DNA from: Myxococcota bacterium
GTDB taxonomy: Bacteria; Myxococcota_A; Polyangia; Polyangiales; Houyiibacteriaceae
DNA: 64,000 nt
Direction: 5' to 3'
NCBI GenBank assembly: GCA_039186435.1
Contig: JBCDAA010000002.1
Span: forward strand, 2,248 to 66,247
In this document: positions 51,124 through 59,172 of the stretch, piece after piece
Position numbering within the stretch: the stretch's first letter is position 1
Layout of the letters: each line of letters opens with the position of its first letter
Notes under the pieces: model-generated
Told to the model about the DNA's origin: nothing
Database searches by the model: none
What the model saw: the letters and a program-made list of their open reading frames with translations, nothing else
Program-made: the position numbers and the translations under genes

Positions 51124-51723
51124 TCAGGCCATCAGGCTGTTGATGAGCCACCAGATCCCGATCCCGATCGAGATCGCGCCGAGCCCCATGGTGATCCACC
51201 CTTCGCGAATCGCCCGCGGTGCGCGATGGACCGGCACGCCGACAAGACCTGCGATCGCCGCCATGCCGACCGTGGCGCCAACCCCGAAGAGACCGAGGAA
51301 GAGGATGCCCAGGCCGGTGCTGTTCATCGCCGCCGATGCAAGGAGTACCGCCGCTCCTGTGCCAGCGGCCCCGTGGGCCACGCCGACGGTGAACGGGCGC
51401 CAGCGCGACTTCGTCTTCTGCGCCTCGGTCCGGCTTCGCCGCATGGTGCGAAGACCGAGAACGATGAGAATCACGCCAACGCTACCCTCGAGGGTCGCGT
51501 CGAGCCACGAGGGCACCTCTGCGCGGAAGGAAAGCAGCACGCCGCCAAAGGCGATCAGCGCCAGCGCATGCCCGCTGCCCCATAAGGCACCCATCGCCGC
51601 TGCGCGCCGCGGTGAGGTGTTCTGCGGAACGAAGGTGCCCACTGCTGCGAGGTGGTCCGGCTCGAACGCGTGCCGCACCCCGAGAGCGAGACCCATGAGC
51701 CCAGCACTTAACGCGGCGCTCAT
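51124..51723 (-). CDS. putative nickel/cobalt transporter (NicO/NiCoT-like, sodT-type)
   Basis: 199-aa 6-TM protein with RHAFEPDHLAAV (an HX4DH-type signature). ATGA overlap with the sodX stop. Confidence 0.65.
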   Translation of the reverse strand: MSAALSAGLMGLALGVRHAFEPDHLAAVGTFVPQNTSPRRAAAMGALWGSGHALALIAFGGVLLSFRAEVPSWLDATLEGSVGVILIVLGLRTMRRSRTEAQKTKSRWRPFTVGVAHGAAGTGAAVLLASAAMNSTGLGILFLGLFGVGATVGMAAIAGLVGVPVHRAPRAIREGWITMGLGAISIGIGIWWLINSLMA

Positions 51724-52094
51724 GTTCGTCTCGCAAGAAGTCGAAGGCCGCGAGGTGAAATTCGCAGGGTCGCTTTGCCGAGGATCGCCGCTTTCGGAAT
51801 GGTCCCGAGCTGCCGGCTGTCTCGCGCCCCAAAGGGGTTGTCGCTTGTCACTGAAATCCCATTTGGCGTTGCCGTTGCGACTCGCTTGACGAGGCGCTGG
51901 CGACTCTCCGCATCCTGAAAAATCACAATATCGCCCGGAGCTACGCTCCCTTTACGGACCAGAAGCCGGTCCCCTTCCTCGAGGGCCGGTTCCATGCTCG
52001 TGCCTTCGACGGCGACCAGCGATCGCCGCCGAAGGGTCCATGCAGTGAGTTCGCGAACGGTCCGGGCGACGCTCGTCAGCCGGCGAGGACCCAC
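51720..52094 (-). CDS. sodX: nickel-SOD maturation protease SodX (S26-like)
   Basis: GTSMEPAL (Ser) and LVKRV (Lys) signal-peptidase-like dyad. Lies immediately downstream of sodN. Confidence 0.8.
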   Translation of the reverse strand: MGPRRLTSVARTVRELTAWTLRRRSLVAVEGTSMEPALEEGDRLLVRKGSVAPGDIVIFQDAESRQRLVKRVATATPNGISVTSDNPFGARDSRQLGTIPKAAILGKATLRISPRGLRLLARRT

Positions 52095-52549
52095 GCGACC
52101 TGCCGCTTCTTCGTCGCCCAGAACATGTCGTGGATCTTTTCCACGGCTTCCATGAGCTCGTCGGCGTGCTGCGCGCTGACCTCAACCTTGCAAGCCGAGC
52201 AAAGCTTGGCGGCTTTCCAAAACGTATCGTGCAGGTCCGGGTACTCGTCGAGGTGCTGCGGCTTGAAGTAGTCGGTCCAGAGCACGAGGAGCTCGTGCTT
52301 GGTGAGCGCTGCCTGCTCTTCTTTGATGGCGGCGTAGCGGCTGAGGGTGTTGTGGTAGCGAACCACCGCGGTCGCATCGCTCGGGTCGGGCGGGGTCATC
52401 GCCAGCATCTTCTTCGTCATGGAACGAACCGCCTCCGCCGTGATGCGGGCGGCTGCCGGGTCGTAGATCCCGCACGGGCCGTCACAGTGCGCCTGGACCG
52501 GCTCGGCCGGGAGTTTCGAAACCAGATGGCTGAGGAGCTTGGAAAACAT
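52076..52549 (-). CDS. sodN: nickel superoxide dismutase
   Basis: A pro-peptide followed by HCDGPCGIYDP (Ni-hook HCxxPCGxY). The rest is collinear with Streptomyces SodN (VLWTDYFKP.H...YP.LH). Confidence 0.9.
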   Translation of the reverse strand: MFSKLLSHLVSKLPAEPVQAHCDGPCGIYDPAAARITAEAVRSMTKKMLAMTPPDPSDATAVVRYHNTLSRYAAIKEEQAALTKHELLVLWTDYFKPQHLDEYPDLHDTFWKAAKLCSACKVEVSAQHADELMEAVEKIHDMFWATKKRQVAWVLAG

Positions 52550-52768
52550 GGACTCTCCTAGTTGAGGGATGCCTCGTTGGAGGCTGATGGTGAGGGTGAC
52601 GCAGGAACGCGCGCAAGGGCGTTTTGCCGCGAAAAACTGAGCCTTGGAACCACGCGGATGTCAAAGCCGTCAAGATGATTTTCGATTGTCCGGACGCCGG
52701 CGCGACAACGCGTCGTGAATCGCCGCGTTTGAGCGAGTCTGGCGCCCAGGACAGAAACCCGAGGTGCG

Positions 52769-53245
52769 TCAGAATTGGTGCGTCTTTCGAAGGTGGGCGA
52801 GGAGCCCTCGGCAGCCCGCCTCGCAGATGTCGAGCACGCGATCGAAGCCGTCCGATCCGCCGTAGTAGGGGTCCGGCACCTCCGCGCCCTCCGGCGCTGC
52901 ATCATCGAAGTCGCGCAGCAACGAGAGCTTGTGCCCTTGGTGTCCCTTTGCCATGGCCTGCAAGCGCTGGAGGTTGCTCTGGTCCATCGCGATGACGTAG
53001 TCGAAGCGGCCGAGGTCCTGGCGAACGAACTGACGCGCGCTTCCGTCGACACGAATGCCGCGCTTCTTGGCGGCCGCGCGCGAGCGTCGATCGGGCGCCT
53101 CGCCGACGTGGTAGGCACCCGTTCCCGCGCTGTCGAGCTCGATCTGGTCTTGCAGCCCTTCTTCCCGCAGCAGATGACGCATCACGCCTTCCGCCGTTGG
53201 CGACCGACAGATATTGCCCAGACAAACGAAGCAAACGCGAATCAT
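52769..53245 (-). CDS. low-molecular-weight protein-tyrosine phosphatase
   Basis: VCFVCLGNICRSP P-loop and a DPYYG acid loop. Confidence 0.9.
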   Translation of the reverse strand: MIRVCFVCLGNICRSPTAEGVMRHLLREEGLQDQIELDSAGTGAYHVGEAPDRRSRAAAKKRGIRVDGSARQFVRQDLGRFDYVIAMDQSNLQRLQAMAKGHQGHKLSLLRDFDDAAPEGAEVPDPYYGGSDGFDRVLDICEAGCRGLLAHLRKTHQF

Positions 53246-53947
53246 CTACAGCGTACGCGGACCGCTCTGAATCAACCGATCGATGCGTCCTTGGCTAAAG
53301 CCCGTGAGGATGGTGCCTCGAAAATCGATCACGGGAATCCCGCTCGGCTGCAGTCCAGCGGCGCGTGCCTTTTGCTGCATCTCCGTGCGGGCGCCGGGAT
53401 CCCGTTCGATGTCTTTTTCTTCGAAAGGCACGCCTCGCTGCGTGAGGTACGCCGCCGCCGATCGACACGCGCCGCACCAGGATGCGCCGTAGATGATCAC
53501 ATCGGTTGAGGCGAGGGCGCCCGCGGTTCCTTCTGGTTCCGCGCCGGTCTCCGCTTGGCCGAGGCCCATCGCTCGATCGACGAATGCATCGAAGGCATCT
53601 CGTCCGAACTGCCGCACAGGATAGCGACCGTTCTCCTCTGCGCGCAGGTCGGCGACGTACACGCTGCCGGGGTCGCGCTGGTCTGGAGGAACGTTGAGGG
53701 AGTCCACGCGAACATGCTCGCGCCGCGCTTCTGGAATCTCACTGCGGGAGGGCGCGGTATGAGGACCCTCTTCGTCGTACCAGGTCAGCACGAGGTCCTC
53801 GGCTTCGCCGCGAACGGCAAAGGGCGGCTCCACTGGGACGCCCTCGACGCTCTCTTCCGCGGCTGGAGGCGCGTGTTCACAAGCAAAACCGCCGACAAGG
53901 GCCGTGAAGGCCAAGAGCAGCATCGGGGAGTAGGAAATCGGGTGCAT
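53246..53947 (-). CDS. glutaredoxin-like domain lipoprotein
   Basis: Lipobox LVGGFAC. The C-terminal VIIYGASWCGACRSAAAYLTQRGVPFEEKDI is a thioredoxin-fold CxxC. Confidence 0.75.
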   Translation of the reverse strand: MHPISYSPMLLLAFTALVGGFACEHAPPAAEESVEGVPVEPPFAVRGEAEDLVLTWYDEEGPHTAPSRSEIPEARREHVRVDSLNVPPDQRDPGSVYVADLRAEENGRYPVRQFGRDAFDAFVDRAMGLGQAETGAEPEGTAGALASTDVIIYGASWCGACRSAAAYLTQRGVPFEEKDIERDPGARTEMQQKARAAGLQPSGIPVIDFRGTILTGFSQGRIDRLIQSGPRTL

Positions 53948-54044
53948 GTTCGTAGGCCGACGCGAGGTTCCTATTCATAGCAGGAAGGGACGTACCTCAC
54001 GAGCTCTCCCTGAGGCCCGTCGGCAATTGGTGTATAGCTGAGCC

Positions 54045-54500
54045 ATGCGGCGAGAGCGCATCTCAAGAATACCGTCAGTCGATCCGTGGATCGGGGGCGC
54101 CGCCACGATCCTCCTCTTGTCGTTGTGCGCCTGCAGCGGGGACCGCGAGGTCAACGAAGCGCGCCTCTTTCTCGACCGCTACGATACGTTACAGCATCCG
54201 AGCATCGAAGTAAGACGCTCCCGGCTCGACGCGTTTCGCGCGATGGCATTTCGGTCCGAGGAGGTTCGTGCGGCGCAGACGCGCTGCGTCGAACTCCATC
54301 AGGCGGTTCTCGATGCGGAGTTGGCCTCGACGCGAGCGGCCGATGAGCTTGGCCGGGTCGAGGCGGGAGCAGCACCCCCATCGGGGGTCGAAGCGTTGCT
54401 GAGACAGAGCCAAGAAGCGGTCGGCCGCGCGGAAGAGTCGCGGGAGGGATGCGATCAAGCCCTCGCCGAGCTACGAACGCGCCATGGGCGTCAGCCGTAA
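54045..54500 (+). CDS. hypothetical lipoprotein
   Basis: Lipobox LLLSLCACSG. Helical, 151 aa. Confidence 0.55.
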   Translation: MRRERISRIPSVDPWIGGAATILLLSLCACSGDREVNEARLFLDRYDTLQHPSIEVRRSRLDAFRAMAFRSEEVRAAQTRCVELHQAVLDAELASTRAADELGRVEAGAAPPSGVEALLRQSQEAVGRAEESREGCDQALAELRTRHGRQP

Positions 54501-55278
54501 GCAAATGGGTTCTCCGTGGTCGTCGCGAGCGTGCTGGCTCGCCCTTCTGGTGGCTTGTGGCGGGGCGCCCCCAAGCGCCGCGGAGGTTGCTGCGCCGCCG
54601 ATCGACGCGCCACCTCAGGAGAGTTCAGATCTCATCGAAGTCCGAACGTTGGTGATCGCGTGGGCCGGCGCGGAAGGCGTGGGTTCGGACGTAACGCGAA
54701 GCGAAGCGCAGGCACGCGTTCGCGCAGAGACCGTTGCCGATCTCGCGCGGCAGCCCGACTCGAACTTCGGAGAACTGGCGCGCGCGTACGCGGATGCGCC
54801 GCCCGCCACCGAGCGTCTTGAACGTGGCGCGGAAGGCATCGAACCAACGATTGCGGGCGTCGCGTTCAACCTCAACATCGGCCAGATCGGAGGCCCGGTT
54901 CGAACCGACGCGGGCTTTGTCGTGGTGGAACGTCGACCCGATCCGCTCACCGGTCCGGCGGAGGTCGAGGCGCGCCATATCCTGATCGTGTACGAGGGAT
55001 CGCGCGCGGCTGACGAGGAGACGACCCGGACCCAGGAAGAAGCGCGTCTTCGCGCGGAAGAGGTCGTGCGGCGCGCCCGGGAAGGCGAGGACTGGGACGC
55101 GCTACACGCCCGCTACTCCGAGGAACCCAACGGGCCTCCCGGCGGGAGCCTGGGAACCTTCGGCCGCGGCCAAATGACTCCGGCGTTCGAGCGCGCGGTC
55201 TTTGGGCTCGAGGTGGGAAGCATCAGCGACGCGATTCTGACGCCCTTCGGCTACCACGTGATTCAGCGCACGCGATGA
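54484..55278 (+). CDS. parvulin-type peptidyl-prolyl isomerase lipoprotein
   Basis: Lipobox LALLVACGG. Has RHILIVYEG..., GGSLGTFGRGQMTPAFE and FGYHVIQR. Confidence 0.8.
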   Translation: MGVSRKQMGSPWSSRACWLALLVACGGAPPSAAEVAAPPIDAPPQESSDLIEVRTLVIAWAGAEGVGSDVTRSEAQARVRAETVADLARQPDSNFGELARAYADAPPATERLERGAEGIEPTIAGVAFNLNIGQIGGPVRTDAGFVVVERRPDPLTGPAEVEARHILIVYEGSRAADEETTRTQEEARLRAEEVVRRAREGEDWDALHARYSEEPNGPPGGSLGTFGRGQMTPAFERAVFGLEVGSISDAILTPFGYHVIQRTR

Positions 55279-56216
55279 GCGTGGACTACGAGGTGTTGGA
55301 GCGCATCAACCGCAGCTTCAACGCACAGATCCCCTACAACGCGTGGCTCGGTCTCGAGGCGATCGACCACGGACCCGCGCGTGCGGTGATGCGTCTTCCA
55401 AAAGCGGCGCATCACATTGGCGATCCTACGAGGCGGGTGATTCATGGCGGCGTGATCACCGCCGCCATGGACGCGACGGCGGGGGCGTCGGTGTTCTTGG
55501 CGCTTCGGGAACCGCGCCGCATTGCAACGCTCGACCTTCGCATCGACTACCTGCGGCCCGCGACGGCGGCCCACGACGTGATCAGCGAGGTCAGCTGCTA
55601 TCACGTCACCCACCAGGTCGCGTTCGCGCGCGGCGTTGCGTACCACGAAGATCCGAGCGAACCGATCGCGAGCTGCGCGGGCACCTTCATGGTTTTTCCC
55701 AACGTGGTCTCTCCTCTGATGGAGATCGCCAAGGCTCCCCTTCCGGATGTCGCCGTTCCCGAAGTGAGTGTCGACCCGTCCCTCGATGTCGGGGAACGCA
55801 TCGCGGAGGCGCGCGAAGAGGGCGACCCCGCGTCCTTTGTGAGCGCGATTCCGTACATGCAGGCGATGGGGATGGAGATGCGCCGGGACGCGGACGGCCT
55901 CCTCGGTGTGCTGCCTTTTGGGGAGCACCTCATCGGCAACTACGTCGTTCGCGCACTTCATGGAGGGACGCTCGGTTCCCTGCTCGAATCGACAGCGGCG
56001 ATGGAGGTGCTCTGGCGCGGTGAAAGCCAGGGCATTCCCCGAATCGTCAACATCACCGTGGAGTATCTCCGTTCGGCCAAGGCCGCCGACACCTTTGCAC
56101 GCGCGACGATCACCAAAGCGGGACGCCGCGTCACGGCGGTGCGCGCGGTCGCCTGGCAGGACAACGAGGACAAACCAGTCGCGGCCGCCAACCTTCAGTT
56201 TCTCACGGCCGAGTAA
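55275..56216 (+). CDS. double hotdog-fold (PaaI-like) thioesterase
   Basis: Two repeats carrying HGG(V/T) motifs (VIHGGVITAAMDATAG; ALHGGTLGSLLEST). Confidence 0.7.
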   Translation: MSVDYEVLERINRSFNAQIPYNAWLGLEAIDHGPARAVMRLPKAAHHIGDPTRRVIHGGVITAAMDATAGASVFLALREPRRIATLDLRIDYLRPATAAHDVISEVSCYHVTHQVAFARGVAYHEDPSEPIASCAGTFMVFPNVVSPLMEIAKAPLPDVAVPEVSVDPSLDVGERIAEAREEGDPASFVSAIPYMQAMGMEMRRDADGLLGVLPFGEHLIGNYVVRALHGGTLGSLLESTAAMEVLWRGESQGIPRIVNITVEYLRSAKAADTFARATITKAGRRVTAVRAVAWQDNEDKPVAAANLQFLTAE

Positions 56217-57298
56217 TGGCGACTCCGATCTACGGCCTCACCTGCCAGGAGCTCTGCGAGGAGTCTCGCCATCGGCTCGAACGCGGACACGGCCGCGCTC
56301 GCGAGGTGTACCAGCAGGTGATGTGGCGCGGTCGCTACGCACCGGAGGAGCTCGGTCTCGGACCCCGATCGATCGACGCGTGGCGGAGCGCGTTTTCGAT
56401 GCCGCTTCTCGAGGTGATGCAGTCGGTGCAGGAGGAAGGGCCGCGGGGCTCGACCGCCAAAGCGATCCTTCGCACGGAAGACGGCCTCGAAGTTGAATGC
56501 GTGCACATTCCCATGGGTCGCGGGCGCCACACGCTCTGTCTCTCGTCCCAGGTCGGTTGCAAGATGGGCTGCACGTTTTGCGAAACCGGCCGGATGGGGT
56601 TGATCCGTCACCTCCGCGCCGACGAGATCGTAGCCCAGGTGCTCGTCGCGCGCTTCGTGCTCGGGTGGGACATTCACAACGTCGTGTTCATGGGCATGGG
56701 CGAAGCGCTCGATAACGCGGGCGCGGTCATTCAGGCCCTGCGCGTGTTGAACGACCCGGGCGGGCTCGCGATCGCTCAGGAGCGGATCACGGTCTGCACC
56801 GTCGGGCACCTCAAGGGGATTCAGCGCCTTGCGGCCGCAGGGTTCAAACGTCTCGACCTCAGCGTAAGCCTGAACTCCGCCGACGACATCACCCGCAGCC
56901 GCATCATGCCCGTGAACCGGAAGACGTCGCTCGCAAGACTGCAGGCCGCCCTCGTCGCGTACCGACCCCGCCGCAACTTCACCCTCGGCGTGAACTATTG
57001 CCTTCTCCCCGGGATCAACGACACCCGCGAAGACGCCGAACGCATCGCGCAGTTTTGTGCGCCCATCGCGCGGGTTCTCGTCAACGTGATTCCCTACAAC
57101 CCCGGCAACGATCCGCTGACGCGCGCCCCGGACGAAGCGGAGGTCGATCGTTTCATCGGTTGGCTCCGCGAGGAAGGCCTGCCGGTTCGAAAGCGCATTA
57201 CGAAGGGTCGAAGCGTGATGGCCGCGTGCGGGCAGCTCGGAAACGCGGACCTTCGTCGTCGGCTGAGGTTAGCCAAAGCGGACGAACGCGGCGCCTAG
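56216..57298 (+). CDS. rlmN: 23S rRNA/tRNA adenine-C2 methyltransferase RlmN (radical SAM)
   Basis: SSQVGCKMGCTFCETG radical-SAM cluster motif, GMGEAL, and a C-terminal ACGQL. Confidence 0.85.
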   Translation: MATPIYGLTCQELCEESRHRLERGHGRAREVYQQVMWRGRYAPEELGLGPRSIDAWRSAFSMPLLEVMQSVQEEGPRGSTAKAILRTEDGLEVECVHIPMGRGRHTLCLSSQVGCKMGCTFCETGRMGLIRHLRADEIVAQVLVARFVLGWDIHNVVFMGMGEALDNAGAVIQALRVLNDPGGLAIAQERITVCTVGHLKGIQRLAAAGFKRLDLSVSLNSADDITRSRIMPVNRKTSLARLQAALVAYRPRRNFTLGVNYCLLPGINDTREDAERIAQFCAPIARVLVNVIPYNPGNDPLTRAPDEAEVDRFIGWLREEGLPVRKRITKGRSVMAACGQLGNADLRRRLRLAKADERGA

Positions 57299-58102
57299 GG
57301 CGACGACGGTCGCCGCGACGATTCGGCGAACGCCCAACGACTCCTTTAGGAAGGCAACCGCGAGAAGTGCGGCGAAGACGACGGAGGTTTCCCGAAGCGC
57401 CGCAACCAGCGCGATTGGAGCTTGCTCCATCGCCCAGAGCGCGACCGCGTACCCACCTCCAGAAAAAACGCCCGCTAGCAGGGACGTCTTCCAGCGTGCC
57501 CGAAGCTCCGGGGCGATGCGCCGGCCGCGAACCAGCGCCGCCCCAACTGCGAAGACGGCTCCCTGGACTGCGGTGAGCCACAGAACATAGGGGAGGGATG
57601 CGCCGGCGCGCCGCACGGCGGTCCCGTCGATGAGCGTGTACGACGCGATGAACACGGCTGCTGCGCCGGCGAAGAGAAGCGAAGGCCGCGAGGTCTTTGC
57701 GACGATGCCCATCGCGACGACGCCGCTGCCGATCAGCACGACGCCAAGGGTGGCGGTTGCGCTGAGCGCTTCCTGCATCCACGCGGCTCCGACGAGCGCG
57801 ACGAGCAAAGGAGGAACCCCACGGGCGATGGCATACACGCTCGAGAGGTCGCCGCGGCGATACGCGATCGTGACGAGTGCAAAGTAGGCAACGTGGGCGA
57901 CGACGGATGCACCGAGGTAAGGCCAGACGTTGCGGGGCAGCGTCGGAACAAAAAAGAGGGCAGGAGTCGCAAGGAGGACCCACGTGATCGAGAGGCCGGC
58001 GGCCGCGATGAGGGGGTCGCCCTTTCGCCCTTTGACGAGGGCGTTCCACGTGGCGTGGAGGAGTGCTGCGCCAAGAACGGCGAGGGCGTCCAGCGCGAGG
58101 TG
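57269..58102 (-). CDS. EamA/DMT family transporter, 5' end lacks a canonical start (possible pseudogene or non-canonical initiation)
   Basis: The open frame of 278 codons reads as a full 10-TM EamA protein. The first ATG/GTG/TTG in frame is only at 57838. TTG-AAA-TAG sits immediately upstream in frame. Confidence 0.55.
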   Translation of the reverse strand, partial: HLALDALAVLGAALLHATWNALVKGRKGDPLIAAAGLSITWVLLATPALFFVPTLPRNVWPYLGASVVAHVAYFALVTIAYRRGDLSSVYAIARGVPPLLVALVGAAWMQEALSATATLGVVLIGSGVVAMGIVAKTSRPSLLFAGAAAVFIASYTLIDGTAVRRAGASLPYVLWLTAVQGAVFAVGAALVRGRRIAPELRARWKTSLLAGVFSGGGYAVALWAMEQAPIALVAALRETSVVFAALLAVAFLKESLGVRRIVAATVVALGAAFVRFG

Positions 58103-58122
58103 CTATTTCAACTCGCCCGAGC

Positions 58123-58629
58123 TTAGAACCAGCGACTGAGGAACACCCGCACCCGCTGCCAAAGCACCGTGTGCCACGCAGGCTTTGGCGCCGGAATCGA
58201 AAGCGGTGTGAGCGGCGTTGCGGGCGCGTCCCCGCGAAGCGCCTCGTCGTTACGATCGGCGTCGAAATGCCAATCGTCTTCCGGGCGGTGGAGGACGTAG
58301 GGCTGCGTCTCGTCTCGGCGCGCGCGGCGCGAAGGCTGAAAGGGAACGGTGGGCTCGGCGCGGCGACCTTCGTAACGGAGTTCGAGCACCAGGCTTGGTG
58401 TTCCGTCGCGAACCGCCACACCCACGCTCGTGAGCTCGGCGCGTCGTCCGTGATCATCTTGAATACGACCGTGCAGCTTCAGAAAGGGAAGCTCCTGTCG
58501 CAGCGTCAGGCCCGCGTCGTCGGCGCGGTCTACGTGGGCGCGAACGGGGCCATCGACTCCGTCCAGGAAGAAACGTGCCGCGGCGCCAACCTGCGGCGCG
58601 TCGGCTCGGGGGTTCGGCGCTTGCATCAT
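58123..58629 (-). CDS. hypothetical protein
   Basis: 168-aa ORF with coding-like composition. No family recognised (PilZ-like is only a guess). Confidence 0.45.
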   Translation of the reverse strand: MMQAPNPRADAPQVGAAARFFLDGVDGPVRAHVDRADDAGLTLRQELPFLKLHGRIQDDHGRRAELTSVGVAVRDGTPSLVLELRYEGRRAEPTVPFQPSRRARRDETQPYVLHRPEDDWHFDADRNDEALRGDAPATPLTPLSIPAPKPAWHTVLWQRVRVFLSRWF

Positions 58630-59094
58630 GTCCCCAAATGATCAGAAACGCGTGACGAGGTCCAATTTCTGCGCACACGTTTGTGGGAGAGAAAACTGAT
58701 CGGAGCGTGCAGTAACTAGCTCGATGCGCGGTCTCTCGATTCGAGCGAACAACGCTGGGCATCAACCTTCGGAGCGTGCGACGCGGGTTCGAACTCCGCG
58801 GACGCCGTTCGTCGTTTGGCTCGGCGACGCTGTCTGTGATGCCGGAGTTCGTGTGATCCACGCTCGCGTTCATCGCTGCGAGTCGCGCGCTCAAAGTGCG
58901 AGGTTGGGTTCAAGTCCTCGGGCCCCTTGAAGCGCCGAGTTCGGGAGCCATGCACACAACCTCGAGTTTCCCGGTCCAGCGAACCCAGCCTCCGTCCGTC
59001 GAATCCGACTGCCGTGGTCGGACAGATTTAATTGTAATATCAAGTGTTTGCGTCGCTGGATCCACGATGTCCATTTTTATGGTTGGCCTCCATT

Positions 59095-59108
59095 CAAGTG
59101 TTCACTTG
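59095..59108. promoter_or_regulatory. palindrome CAAGTG-TT-CACTTG upstream of the reductase/MerR/diiron cluster
   Basis: Exact 6-nt arms. A second CAAGTGTT copy lies at 59041. Candidate MerR-type operator, unverified. Confidence 0.3.
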
Positions 59109-59172
59109 GCAGTGGAGTGCGTTGTGTAAAGTGATGCTTGACACTCTGCGGGCGGTGGGGCAGTTTGAATTC

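Noticed and set aside
52667-52689. Fur/Nur box upstream of sodN (AAGATGATTTTCGATTG)
   Set aside because: It matches only part of the AATGA-N3-TCATT core (TCG instead of TCA). It does not resemble the Nur-type TTGCAA-N5-TTGCAA pattern I recall. It is too weak to annotate and is mentioned only in the Ni-SOD finding.
52558-53118. ORF 52558-53118(-) and other ORFs filling the sodN / LMW-PTP interval
   Set aside because: It overlaps the confident LMW-PTP gene in another frame, and its Arg/Ser/Thr-rich composition is shadow-like. The 52550-52768 interval is better treated as the sodN promoter region.
58783-58916. tRNA or tmRNA gene suggested by GGTTCGAAC / GGTTCAAGTCC T-loop-like strings
   Set aside because: No complementary 7-bp acceptor stem, D-arm or anticodon arm could be assembled on either strand. 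No tmRNA 5' end or Ala-Ala-stop tag frame was found.
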